Shown here one piece after another: positions 54,883 to 63,107 of a DNA stretch of 64,000 nt (its first letter is position 1; every line of letters begins with the position of its first letter). This DNA comes from Alphaproteobacteria bacterium (GTDB lineage Bacteria; Pseudomonadota; Alphaproteobacteria; Rs-D84). Location: contig WQXN01000001.1 in the NCBI GenBank assembly GCA_009784815.1, forward strand, positions 1,857 through 65,856. The letters are read 5' to 3'. Below the pieces are notes generated by a model. It saw only the letters and a program-made list of their open reading frames with translations. It ran no database searches and was not told where the DNA came from. A program made the translations under genes and the position numbers.

Positions 54883-55754
54883 TGGCCACTAATTTTAAGT
54901 TTATGAAGTATGGAAGGCTTAGCTACCTGATTTCGTTGGGTTTGATCGCAGTCGCGCTGGCGTCCTTTTTTATAAGGGGCATGAATTACGGCATAGATTT
55001 CACCGGCGGCATACTTATGGATGTCGCTCCGAAATCGGGGGAAGTGCAACTTGAGGAAATCCGCGAAAAGCTGGCCCAGTTCCGTCCCGAGCTGCAAAGG
55101 GTTCACGGCGCAAACGCTGTAATGATCAGAATCGGTCTTGATGCGGGCGCGACAGACGCCGCTCAGAACGAAAAGGTGGCCGAGATACGCGCCGCGCTTG
55201 GTGACAAATACGAGTACCGCCAGACCCAGATCGTGGGGCCAAGGATCGGAGCCGAGCTTGTGCGGTCAGGGTTGCTTGCCATAATTTTCTCGTTCCTTGG
55301 TATGGCTATATATATTTGGATCCGCTATTCGGGCGGATATGCCGTCGGCGCTTTGATCGCGCTGAGTTTGGACTTTGTTCTGATGTTCGGGTTCTTCTCG
55401 GTCGCGGGATTGGAATTCAATCAGGCGGCTATCGCTGTAATACTTCTTGGCGTCGGCTATTCGGTCAATGACAAGATCGTGAACTATGACCGCATATCGG
55501 AAAACGTCAAAAAATACAGAAAGATGCCGACAAGCGACATCATAGATCTGTCCGTGAACGAGATGCTGGCCCGTACTATCAAGACTTCGGTCTCGACTCT
55601 GGTCGCCATGTTCGCGCTTGTGATATGGGGCGGAGACGTGCTGCGCGAATTCGGTTACGCCATGATATTCAGCATAATACTTGGAACCTTCACAAGCATC
55701 TGGGTGTCGAATGCCGCGCTTAAAAACTTTGACATCAGAAAGCAGTTGGTATGA
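54879..55754 (+). CDS. secF: protein translocase subunit SecF
   Basis: 291-aa ORF overlapping secD, with GIDFTGG motif and a 6-TM bundle. Confidence 0.92.
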   Translation: MMATNFKFMKYGRLSYLISLGLIAVALASFFIRGMNYGIDFTGGILMDVAPKSGEVQLEEIREKLAQFRPELQRVHGANAVMIRIGLDAGATDAAQNEKVAEIRAALGDKYEYRQTQIVGPRIGAELVRSGLLAIIFSFLGMAIYIWIRYSGGYAVGALIALSLDFVLMFGFFSVAGLEFNQAAIAVILLGVGYSVNDKIVNYDRISENVKKYRKMPTSDIIDLSVNEMLARTIKTSVSTLVAMFALVIWGGDVLREFGYAMIFSIILGTFTSIWVSNAALKNFDIRKQLV

Positions 55755-55755
55755 C

Positions 55756-56424
55756 ATGTTCCTTGTAAACGACTATGGCCGTTTAAGCGTGGCAAGAATT
55801 TTGGCAGGAGCCGTTCTGACCGGCCTGCTGGTAGGGTTTGGAATACGTTTTTTCGACGAACGTATTTTCCTGATGCTGCGCCGTCTGGACGGAAACTTTT
55901 GGGAAATTTTCACTATGTTCGGCGCGGCGAAATTCATACTGTTTTTATCCTTCGCGATATTTCTATTCAAAATCTGGTCTACCGGCATTTTTAATAAAAA
56001 AACCGGGGATATAGCGAAAGTGGTGGTGTCCGGGCAGTCCGTATGGCTTACTGTTTCCGCCGGGGTTTTCACGTCCGTCTTGTCCGCCACCGGGCTGGTC
56101 TTCGCTCTTAGGATATTGATAGGCCGCCTGCGTCCCGTCTTCTTTGAAAGCATAGGGGCAAGCGGGTTCTTCCCGCTTTCGATCGAGCATCAGTTCCATT
56201 CCATGCCCTCGAGCGGCGCCTCGGCAAGCTTTGCCGCACTGGTGCTGCTTGGTCTGTTCTTTCCGGGCATCAAACGTTATACCTGGGCGCTTGCGATTCT
56301 GTTCGCCCTATCCCGCGTCATAGTCGGAGCCCATTTCCCAAGCGATGTGATCCTGGGCGCTTTTATCGGCATGCTTATAGCCGACGTGACTTATATTTCA
56401 TTCAAACGCGCCAGCGGGAATTAA
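55756..56424 (+). CDS. PAP2-family phosphatase
   Basis: 222 aa from the internal ATG after the secF stop. Motifs are K/R......RP (ILIGRLRP), PSSGAS (PSGH-like) and SRVIVGAHFPSDV. Confidence 0.8.
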   Translation: MFLVNDYGRLSVARILAGAVLTGLLVGFGIRFFDERIFLMLRRLDGNFWEIFTMFGAAKFILFLSFAIFLFKIWSTGIFNKKTGDIAKVVVSGQSVWLTVSAGVFTSVLSATGLVFALRILIGRLRPVFFESIGASGFFPLSIEHQFHSMPSSGASASFAALVLLGLFFPGIKRYTWALAILFALSRVIVGAHFPSDVILGAFIGMLIADVTYISFKRASGN

Positions 56425-56436
56425 GCTAATATTTGC

Positions 56437-56466
56437 TTGATAAATGCAGCAGGGGGGGGCTATAAT
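56437..56466 (+). promoter_or_regulatory. sigma70-type promoter with a G8 tract in the spacer
   Basis: TTGATA (56437-56442), an 18-nt spacer containing GGGGGGGG (56452-56459), then TATAAT (56461-56466). A GGAG RBS and the ATG at 56495 follow. Confidence 0.5.
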
Positions 56467-56494
56467 CCTTGGACGGCAACGCAGGAGCAAGACT

Positions 56495-57097
56495 ATGAAA
56501 ATATATATTATACGCCATACCGAATCCGAAGACGACGTTTTGAACTGCTGGGGAGGCTGCGCCGATTTCGAGCTTACTAAAAAAGGTGTCGATACCGCGA
56601 GGGCGGGTTCCGAAAAGCTGGTATCGCTTGGAATAAAAAAGATATTTTCAAGTCCGTATAAGAGAGCCAAGAACGTCGCCAATATAATATCAGAAAATAT
56701 CGGTGCGAATGTCAAGCTTGTCGACGATTTGAAGGAGATAAACACTTATGGAGTCATGTGCGGCGTCAATAAAGATTTAGCCAAGAAAATCTTCAGCCTG
56801 ATCTTGGAAAACCCCGAATATAAATCCTATGGCTATTACTCTGGAAAGTCCTTCTACGGAGGCGAGGATGTGGGCGAGTTCGACCGCCGCGTAAAGAAAG
56901 CCTTTGATCTAATTGTCGCCGCCGGCGAGGAAGTTTGCGCGGCAGTCACCCATGGCGGGGTTTTCCGCAGCATCTATAAGAATATCCTGAATAAACCCGA
57001 AAAGATATTAGAGATAGACGATATGGCGGTGATGGAAATTGATTACGACGGCAAGGGATTCAATCTTGTTTCCGCGGACGGCATAAAAACCGAATAG
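56495..57097 (+). CDS. histidine phosphatase family protein (phosphoglycerate mutase-like)
   Basis: 200 aa from MKIYIIRHTESE (RHG-type catalytic motif) with a downstream H in AAVTHGGVFR. The track start at 56444 would place the G8 tract inside an N-terminal extension. Confidence 0.8.
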   Translation: MKIYIIRHTESEDDVLNCWGGCADFELTKKGVDTARAGSEKLVSLGIKKIFSSPYKRAKNVANIISENIGANVKLVDDLKEINTYGVMCGVNKDLAKKIFSLILENPEYKSYGYYSGKSFYGGEDVGEFDRRVKKAFDLIVAAGEEVCAAVTHGGVFRSIYKNILNKPEKILEIDDMAVMEIDYDGKGFNLVSADGIKTE

Positions 57098-58285
57098 TTA
57101 TTTTAGTTCTATCCGTTCGTCGGAATATTCCAAGGCCAGCGGGTCGCATTCCGCTATCAGGACAGAATTGTTTCTTTTTACCAGATCGTCGAAAAGTTTC
57201 ATTATGGCGACCATGCCGCCCCGGTCCAGTCCACGCATCGGATTGTCGAATATATACAGGCTTCGGTCGCCAAGTTTTTTGCACATTATTTTCGCAAGCT
57301 TGATCCTTTGGCATTCCCCGCCCGAAAGGCTGTGCGAGGATTGGGCAAGATTCAAGTAACCAAGCCCTACCGCCTGAATATGCTTCGCGCGGCGCAGCAA
57401 TAATTTGTCGTTCGATATTTTTATCAATTCGTCTATCGTCTTATTTTTGAACTCGGGTTTAAGGAATTTTGTTATTCCATAATAAGTGGCGACCGTGCTT
57501 CGCGAATTTTTTGTCACCGGTTCCGACGTCACCATATGCGGGCGCCTTATATGCTCTTTCCCCGATATGGATTTGATGCCTTTGCGCTTTTCGCCGCTAC
57601 CAGCGGATTTGTCTGCGGCGGTCATAGCGGCGGATAAAAATGTGCTTTTGCCGCTTGCCATAGGTCCCGTGACAGCGACGATTTTATGAAGGGGAAACGA
57701 TATTTTATAATCCTTTATTCCTTTCATATCAAGCCAGCAGGCGGTCAGCCTTTTGCCCGACTTGTTCGGTGCGCGAGGGGTTTTTTGGTCAAAGTTTCTC
57801 TTGGTATATTCTTTGCCCGTCATATCCCCTATTATTTCTCCTCCGGCTATTCCGCTTCCGGGGCCGAACACTACCGCCCTGTCCGCCATGCTGATCGGTT
57901 CTGGCCTATGCTCGACCGCTATGACCGCATGGCCTTTTTCCGCAAGCTTCAAAAGATGCTTGGCGGCTGTTTTGGCCTCGGCTTCGGTCATTCCGGTGCA
58001 AAGTTCGTCCGTTATCACAAGTGAATTTTTCTGCAGGTTTTTAGTACCGCTCAAAAACTGCTTCCATTTTTCCGCGGTGCTGGAAGTTTTTTGCGATATG
58101 TATACGGTGGCGGCTGGCCGGTTTTCTATTTGGCATTTTTCGCCCTTAAAAAGCCCGTTGTAAGCAAGCGAGCTTTTGCCCGAGCCGCTAAGACCCGCAA
58201 AGATCGTTAATTCCCCGAACCGTATTTCAAGATTCACGCCTTTCAGGTTATTCGCGGCGCAGTTTTTTATGATTATGTTTTTCAT
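57098..58285 (-). CDS. miniaturised UvrA-like ABC ATPase
   Basis: 395 aa from the ATG in an ATGA overlap with rarA. Contains NNLKGVNLEIRFGELTIFAGLSGSGKSSLAYN, ITDE...GHAVIAVEH....ADRAVVFGPGSGIAGGEI, a second P-loop VTGPMASGKST, and LSGGECQRIKLA...LYIFDNP. Lacks all UvrA zinc modules and the UvrB-binding and insertion domains. Confidence 0.7.
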   Translation of the reverse strand: MKNIIIKNCAANNLKGVNLEIRFGELTIFAGLSGSGKSSLAYNGLFKGEKCQIENRPAATVYISQKTSSTAEKWKQFLSGTKNLQKNSLVITDELCTGMTEAEAKTAAKHLLKLAEKGHAVIAVEHRPEPISMADRAVVFGPGSGIAGGEIIGDMTGKEYTKRNFDQKTPRAPNKSGKRLTACWLDMKGIKDYKISFPLHKIVAVTGPMASGKSTFLSAAMTAADKSAGSGEKRKGIKSISGKEHIRRPHMVTSEPVTKNSRSTVATYYGITKFLKPEFKNKTIDELIKISNDKLLLRRAKHIQAVGLGYLNLAQSSHSLSGGECQRIKLAKIMCKKLGDRSLYIFDNPMRGLDRGGMVAIMKLFDDLVKRNNSVLIAECDPLALEYSDERIELK

Positions 58286-59556
58286 TTGACGCCGCTGCGT
58301 AATTTGTTCCAATATTCTATGCGCTTTTTTATTTCGCGTTCGAACCCGACTTCGATCGGATGATAAAAAGTCGTGCGGCCCATTTTTTCGGGAAAACAAT
58401 TCTGGCCGGAAAATCCTCCGGCCGTTTCCGGCTCGTAGACATAGCCTTTTCCGTAATCCAGGCTTTTCATCATTTTGGTAGGCGCGTTAAGGATATTTTT
58501 TGGAGGCATCAGCGTTCCGTATTTTATCGCCGCGGCTTTGGCCGCGCCGTGCGCTTTATACGCCCCTATAGATTTTGGCGAAGTGCCAAGATAAATTATC
58601 GCATGCGTCAGAGCCAAATCGCCTTCGGGGCTGCCCATGCGCTTAAACGCCTCCCACGCGTGCATCACTACTCCCAGCGCGTGCGGATCGGCAAGTCCTA
58701 TGTCTTCCACCGCAAACCTTGCTATGCGCCTGAAGATATACTGGGGATCCTGGCCGCCTTCTATCATCCTTGCCGCCCAGTAAAGCGCCGCGTCCGTGTC
58801 GCTTGCGCGCAGGGATTTGTGTATCGCGGATATTAGATTATAATGCTCGTCCCCGTTTCGGTCCGATAAGGGCGCGCGCTTGTTTATCACGCTTGCAAGC
58901 TCGTCGGATTCCAAATCCTTTTTGAACTTCGCGCTGTTTAGATACTCGGCCGTGTTCAGCAGGAATCTTGCGTCGCCGTCCGACATCTGCGCCAAAGTGA
59001 TGCGCGCGTCCTGGCTAAGCGGCAGGCGGGTGTTCAAAAATTTCTCGCTGCGCGTCAGAAGCGTCAAAAGGTCTTCGGTGTTTAAGGGTTCCAGCACTCC
59101 GATATGGCAGCGCGAAAGAAGAGCGTTGTTAAGATTAAAGCTTGGATTTTCGGTAGTCGCGCCTATAAATACCACCGTGCCGTCTTCAAGATATGGAAGC
59201 AGGGTGTCCTGTTGCGTTTTATTAAAGCGGTGGATTTCATCTATGAAAAGCAAAGTCCCGCGGCCCGTTTCGCGAAGCATGCGTGCGGATTCTATCGCCT
59301 TTTTTATATCCGCCGTGCCTGAAAACACCGCGCTCATGGCCATAAATTCCATATCGGTCGTGCGCGCCAAAGCCCGCGCCAAAGTCGTCTTGCCGCAGCC
59401 AGGAGGACCCCATAGAAGCAGATTGCTTAAGTTTCCAGACTCGGCCATTTGTCTTACCAGGCCGTTGTCGCCAAGCAGCAGTTTTTGGCCCACTATATCG
59501 TCTATAGTCTCGGGGCGCATTAAATCGGCAAGAGGTTTATTTGTATTTTTCTTCAT
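58282..59556 (-). CDS. rarA: replication-associated recombination protein A (AAA+)
   Basis: 424-aa ORF with Walker A GPPGCGKTTLA, Walker B LFIDEIHRFNK and the MgsA C-terminal domain. Confidence 0.9.
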   Translation of the reverse strand: MKKNTNKPLADLMRPETIDDIVGQKLLLGDNGLVRQMAESGNLSNLLLWGPPGCGKTTLARALARTTDMEFMAMSAVFSGTADIKKAIESARMLRETGRGTLLFIDEIHRFNKTQQDTLLPYLEDGTVVFIGATTENPSFNLNNALLSRCHIGVLEPLNTEDLLTLLTRSEKFLNTRLPLSQDARITLAQMSDGDARFLLNTAEYLNSAKFKKDLESDELASVINKRAPLSDRNGDEHYNLISAIHKSLRASDTDAALYWAARMIEGGQDPQYIFRRIARFAVEDIGLADPHALGVVMHAWEAFKRMGSPEGDLALTHAIIYLGTSPKSIGAYKAHGAAKAAAIKYGTLMPPKNILNAPTKMMKSLDYGKGYVYEPETAGGFSGQNCFPEKMGRTTFYHPIEVGFEREIKKRIEYWNKLRSGVK

Positions 59557-59561
59557 TTTAT

Positions 59562-59590
59562 TTGAATTTTACTTGTATTTGATATATAAT
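59562..59590 (+). promoter_or_regulatory. promoter of the MucR-family gene
   Basis: TTGAAT, a 17-nt spacer, then TATAAT, 24 nt upstream of the ATG at 59614. Confidence 0.45.
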
Positions 59591-59613
59591 AGTACAAATT
59601 AAGGGAAAAAGCA

Positions 59614-60000
59614 ATGTCGAAAGATAATGATATTATGGTGGCGGCGGCGAGTATTGCGGCGGCCAAAATCGCCGGAAATCCAGCGCTTAACATAGACGAT
59701 GTAGTGCGCGAGGCTTATGCTTCCTTGAAAAAGGCCGCGTCGCATCATTTGACCGCGGCGGAAGTTGCGGCAAGCGTCAAGCCCGATCATATAATCTGCT
59801 TTGAAGATGGCACAAGGCACACTATGCTGCGGCGTTATATTAAACGCAAGTTCGGCCTGACCCCGGAAGCCTACCGTGCGCGCTGGGGTTTGCCGGATGA
59901 TTATCCGCTTGTTGCGCCCGATTATGCCAAGGTTAGATCCAAGCTTGCCAAGCGTTCGGGGCTGGGAAAATCTTCCGTCCGGCGCCCCAGGACCGCGTAG
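59614..60000 (+). CDS. Ros/MucR-family transcriptional regulator (zinc-ligand-depleted variant)
   Basis: 128-aa ORF. ...IICFEDGTRHTMLRRYIKRKFGLTPEAYRARWGLPDDYPLVAPDYA..RS.LAK..GLG aligns with the Ros/MucR domain. Only the first of the C-C-H-H ligand positions is retained. Confidence 0.8.
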   Translation: MSKDNDIMVAAASIAAAKIAGNPALNIDDVVREAYASLKKAASHHLTAAEVAASVKPDHIICFEDGTRHTMLRRYIKRKFGLTPEAYRARWGLPDDYPLVAPDYAKVRSKLAKRSGLGKSSVRRPRTA

Positions 60001-60596
60001 AAAGGGCGTTCGCTTCCGAATTTATTCTTCTTCTGGTATCTTGTGTTTAAATTCGCGCTTGGCGGGAAATTACTATCATTATTCAATATCTTAAAATTTG
60101 AAGTTTCTATTTGGGTTTTGACCCAGTTGAAGTAGTCTTCGTGATCTGTTCCTAGGATTATAAGGCCGCCGGGGGATAAATGTCCGTCCAGTTCGTTTAG
60201 GAATTGTGTCTGAAGCAGGCGGCGTTTTTCATGTCGCACTTTGGGCCAAGGATCGGGATGCAGGATATAAATCAGGTCGAACGGATCGGGATTTTGTTCA
60301 AGATACAGGCGAACGTCCGCGGGCCATACCGCAAGATTCGGATTCGGCGGAAGTTTGGATAGCAGGGACGCGACGCCGTTTATAAAGGGTTCCGCTCCGA
60401 CTACGAAGAAATCGGGATTTTGCAGCAGGTGTATTATGTGCTCGCCGCTGCCAAAGCCTATTTCGAGAATTCGAATTTTATTGGCGATCAAAGCGCCGGG
60501 CAGCAATTTTGGCAGTAAGTTATCTATCAAGTCCTGCTGTCGCGGACTGATCTTTTTGCCTTTGATTCTTCCGAATGTGCGCACTAGATGTTTCAT
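59922..60596 (-). CDS. trmB: tRNA (guanine46-N7)-methyltransferase
   Basis: 224-aa ORF with an SAM-binding EIGFGSGEH region and DPWPK motif. Its 3' end overlaps the 3' end of the MucR gene by 79 nt (convergent). Confidence 0.85.
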   Translation of the reverse strand: MKHLVRTFGRIKGKKISPRQQDLIDNLLPKLLPGALIANKIRILEIGFGSGEHIIHLLQNPDFFVVGAEPFINGVASLLSKLPPNPNLAVWPADVRLYLEQNPDPFDLIYILHPDPWPKVRHEKRRLLQTQFLNELDGHLSPGGLIILGTDHEDYFNWVKTQIETSNFKILNNDSNFPPSANLNTRYQKKNKFGSERPFYAVLGRRTEDFPSPERLASLDLTLA

Positions 60597-60643
60597 GTTG
60601 CTAATTCTAAACTATTCATTATAATATTGCAACCGAGGTTAAA

Positions 60644-62179
60644 ATGAGGACAGGACTTAACAAAGATTTAATTGCGAAAGTTTTGGGCGCCGCGCCGAAA
60701 TATACTATTGCGCAGCTTGAAGAAATCTATCCGAAAAGAAAGCTGCCCGAGGGGGCGGAAGTCACGCGCTTTGCGCCGAGTCCCACCGGATTTGTGCACA
60801 TTGGTAATCTTTGTTCCGCGCTTATTGATTGGAAAATAGCTAGACAGACAAATGGAGTATTTTACCTTCGTTTTGAAGATACCGATACCAAACGCGAAGT
60901 AGAAGGCGCGACCGAGCTGATTGTTCACACGCTTGATGCATTTGGTATAAATCCTGATGAGACTTATAGGCAGAGTGAGAGGAAAGACATATATCATTCG
61001 GTGGTTGCAGAACTATTAGAGCAGGGCAAAGCCTATCCTTGTTTTATGACCGAGGAGGAAATCTCGAGAGTGCGCGACGAACAAAGCAAGCTTGGCGCTC
61101 AGCCGGGAATTTACGGAGATTGGGCTAGGGATAGAAATATTCTGCCAGAAGAAATAGAAGCACGTTTGGCGAAAGGCGAGAAGCCTGTGGTACGGCTTTA
61201 TTCAACGGCTGACCGCAACGAGAAGATCTATTGCAAGGACGCTGTTCGCGGCAGCATGGCTTTTCCGCAATACGAGGATGACGTGGTTCTGATCAAGTCC
61301 GGGGACGGCCTGCCGACTTATCATTTCGCTCATTTGGTAGATGATTATTTTATACGCACCACTGCGGTGGTGCGGGGTGAAGAATGGCTTAGCAGTTTGC
61401 CGCTTCATATTCAGCTGTTTAATATCATGGGCTGGGAGCCGCCGAAATATATTCATACTTCTACCTTGGACACGATAGATCGGGAAACTGGCAAGCAGCG
61501 CAAACTTTCAAAGAGAAAAGATCCGGTTGCGAATGTGGATAATTTTTATATCGAGGGTTATCCGTCTGAGGCCTTATTGGAATACTTGTTCAATATTATC
61601 AGTCCGGGATATGAGGAAAATAAACAGAAAGGTAAAGTACGGAATATCAGTGATGCTGCGCTGAATATCAAAAAAATTCCGATGTCTGGGGCGCTGTTCG
61701 ATATGAAAAAGCTTGAATGGTGGGCCAGGGAATTTATAGCGTCATTGTCCGTTGAGGAATTAGCAAATCGCTTGAAAACGTGGATGGTTTTATGCGGTGG
61801 CAGTCTTAATAAAAGTCAATATGCTAATACAAAATATTTTGCAGACGTGCTTTCAATCGAGCGTGACAATCCAAAGCGCATCAGAAAGGACTTTATAACT
61901 TGGAAGCAGACTTTGGAGAGCATAGCCTTCTTTTTCGCCGAGGATAAGGCCGCCGGAAATAGTGTGACGGAAGAATTTTTGAAAGTCTATGATCCAAACG
62001 ACGACAAGGATATTTGGTGGAATAAAATTATCGGGATTGCCGGGCAGTTGAATGTAAAACCCGGCGATGTGGCCATGGCTTTGCGCGTGGCGCTGAGCGG
62101 CCGCGAGCAGACCCCGGACCTTTATTCCATGATGACTGTAATGGGGTCGGACAGGGTAAAAAAAAGATTAAAAGGATAA
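60644..62179 (+). CDS. gltX: glutamate--tRNA ligase
   Basis: 511-aa ORF with RFAPSPTGFVHIGN (HIGH-class) and KLSKRK motifs. Confidence 0.88.
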   Translation: MRTGLNKDLIAKVLGAAPKYTIAQLEEIYPKRKLPEGAEVTRFAPSPTGFVHIGNLCSALIDWKIARQTNGVFYLRFEDTDTKREVEGATELIVHTLDAFGINPDETYRQSERKDIYHSVVAELLEQGKAYPCFMTEEEISRVRDEQSKLGAQPGIYGDWARDRNILPEEIEARLAKGEKPVVRLYSTADRNEKIYCKDAVRGSMAFPQYEDDVVLIKSGDGLPTYHFAHLVDDYFIRTTAVVRGEEWLSSLPLHIQLFNIMGWEPPKYIHTSTLDTIDRETGKQRKLSKRKDPVANVDNFYIEGYPSEALLEYLFNIISPGYEENKQKGKVRNISDAALNIKKIPMSGALFDMKKLEWWAREFIASLSVEELANRLKTWMVLCGGSLNKSQYANTKYFADVLSIERDNPKRIRKDFITWKQTLESIAFFFAEDKAAGNSVTEEFLKVYDPNDDKDIWWNKIIGIAGQLNVKPGDVAMALRVALSGREQTPDLYSMMTVMGSDRVKKRLKG

Positions 62180-62183
62180 AGTC

Positions 62184-62918
62184 ATGATAAGTAAAAGAAC
62201 CAGATTAAAGACGATAAAAAATAATCCGCGCGGGTCCATGTTATTACGCGCGCTCCGCGCGTCGGGGCTGTTCAGGTGGGAGCGTGAACCGGCAAAATCC
62301 GAATGGGTCATGGATATTCTGACCCACGGCATAGGCATAGGACTTGCCATAGCGGGACTGACATTGCTTGTAGTGTTCGCCGTATTGAAGGGCGATCCTT
62401 GGGCGGTCGTATCCAGCGCGATATTCGGCGCGACTATGTTCACGCTTTATTTCGGATCGACTATGTGCCACGCCATGATAGGCCAGAAAAGCGAGAGCTT
62501 TTTCGAAGTCTGGGATAGTGTTGCGATTTACGCTTTGATCGCCGGAACTTATACTCCGTTTTTACTTGTTAACATGAGGGGATGGATCGGCTGGTCCGCA
62601 TTCGGGTTCCTTTGGCTTGTGACCTTGTTCGGCGCGGTCACAAAAATCCGCAATCCGAAATATCAGCCCAAATGGATGCCTTTGCTCTATCTTGCTATGG
62701 GCTGGACGGTTCTGCTTCTGCTGCCCAAGGTTTTGGAAACGGTCCCGCCGCGCGCGCTTTGGTTTATGCTTGCGGGCGGTCTGTCTTACTCGATCGGCAT
62801 TCTGTTCTATATATGGAGAAGGCTTAAATTCTCGCACATGATATGGCACTTGTTCGTTATAGCCGGAAGCGTGTCGTTCTTTTTCGCCGTGCTATATGGA
62901 ACCATATTGGATAACTAA
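62184..62918 (+). CDS. hemolysin III / PAQR-family channel protein
   Basis: 244-aa 7-TM ORF with H-rich PAQR motifs (ILTHGIG, STMCH, HMIWHLFV). Confidence 0.8.
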   Translation: MISKRTRLKTIKNNPRGSMLLRALRASGLFRWEREPAKSEWVMDILTHGIGIGLAIAGLTLLVVFAVLKGDPWAVVSSAIFGATMFTLYFGSTMCHAMIGQKSESFFEVWDSVAIYALIAGTYTPFLLVNMRGWIGWSAFGFLWLVTLFGAVTKIRNPKYQPKWMPLLYLAMGWTVLLLLPKVLETVPPRALWFMLAGGLSYSIGILFYIWRRLKFSHMIWHLFVIAGSVSFFFAVLYGTILDN

Positions 62919-62928
62919 GGGGTATAAA

Positions 62929-63075
62929 ATGAAGTACGTGATGATAGTTTTGGCTGCGCTGGTTTTGGCTGCCTGCTGCAACTGCAAGGCCGAGCCGATA
63001 GTCGAGCAGAACAGGCGCTTGATAATCCCGCCGAATATAGGTAATTTGCCTATTGCGGCGGATAGTAAAATATGA
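62929..63075 (+). CDS. VirB7-like small lipoprotein
   Basis: Not in the ORF track (48 aa): MKYVMIVLAALVLAACCNCKAEPIVEQNRRLIIPPNIGNLPIAADSKI. It has an AAGGGG RBS, the lipobox LAAC and a P-x-N-[IV]-G motif resembling Agrobacterium VirB7 FPLNVG. Sits directly upstream of the VirB2-like gene. Confidence 0.45.
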   Translation: MKYVMIVLAALVLAACCNCKAEPIVEQNRRLIIPPNIGNLPIAADSKI

Positions 63076-63081
63076 TATAAT
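63053..63081 (+). promoter_or_regulatory. extended -10 promoter for the VirB2-like gene
   Basis: TTGCGG, a 17-nt spacer, then TGaTATAAT overlapping the stop of the small lipoprotein gene. An AAGGAG RBS precedes the ATG at 63108. Confidence 0.4.
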
Positions 63082-63107
63082 TTCCATATAGCATAAGGAG
63101 AAATGTT

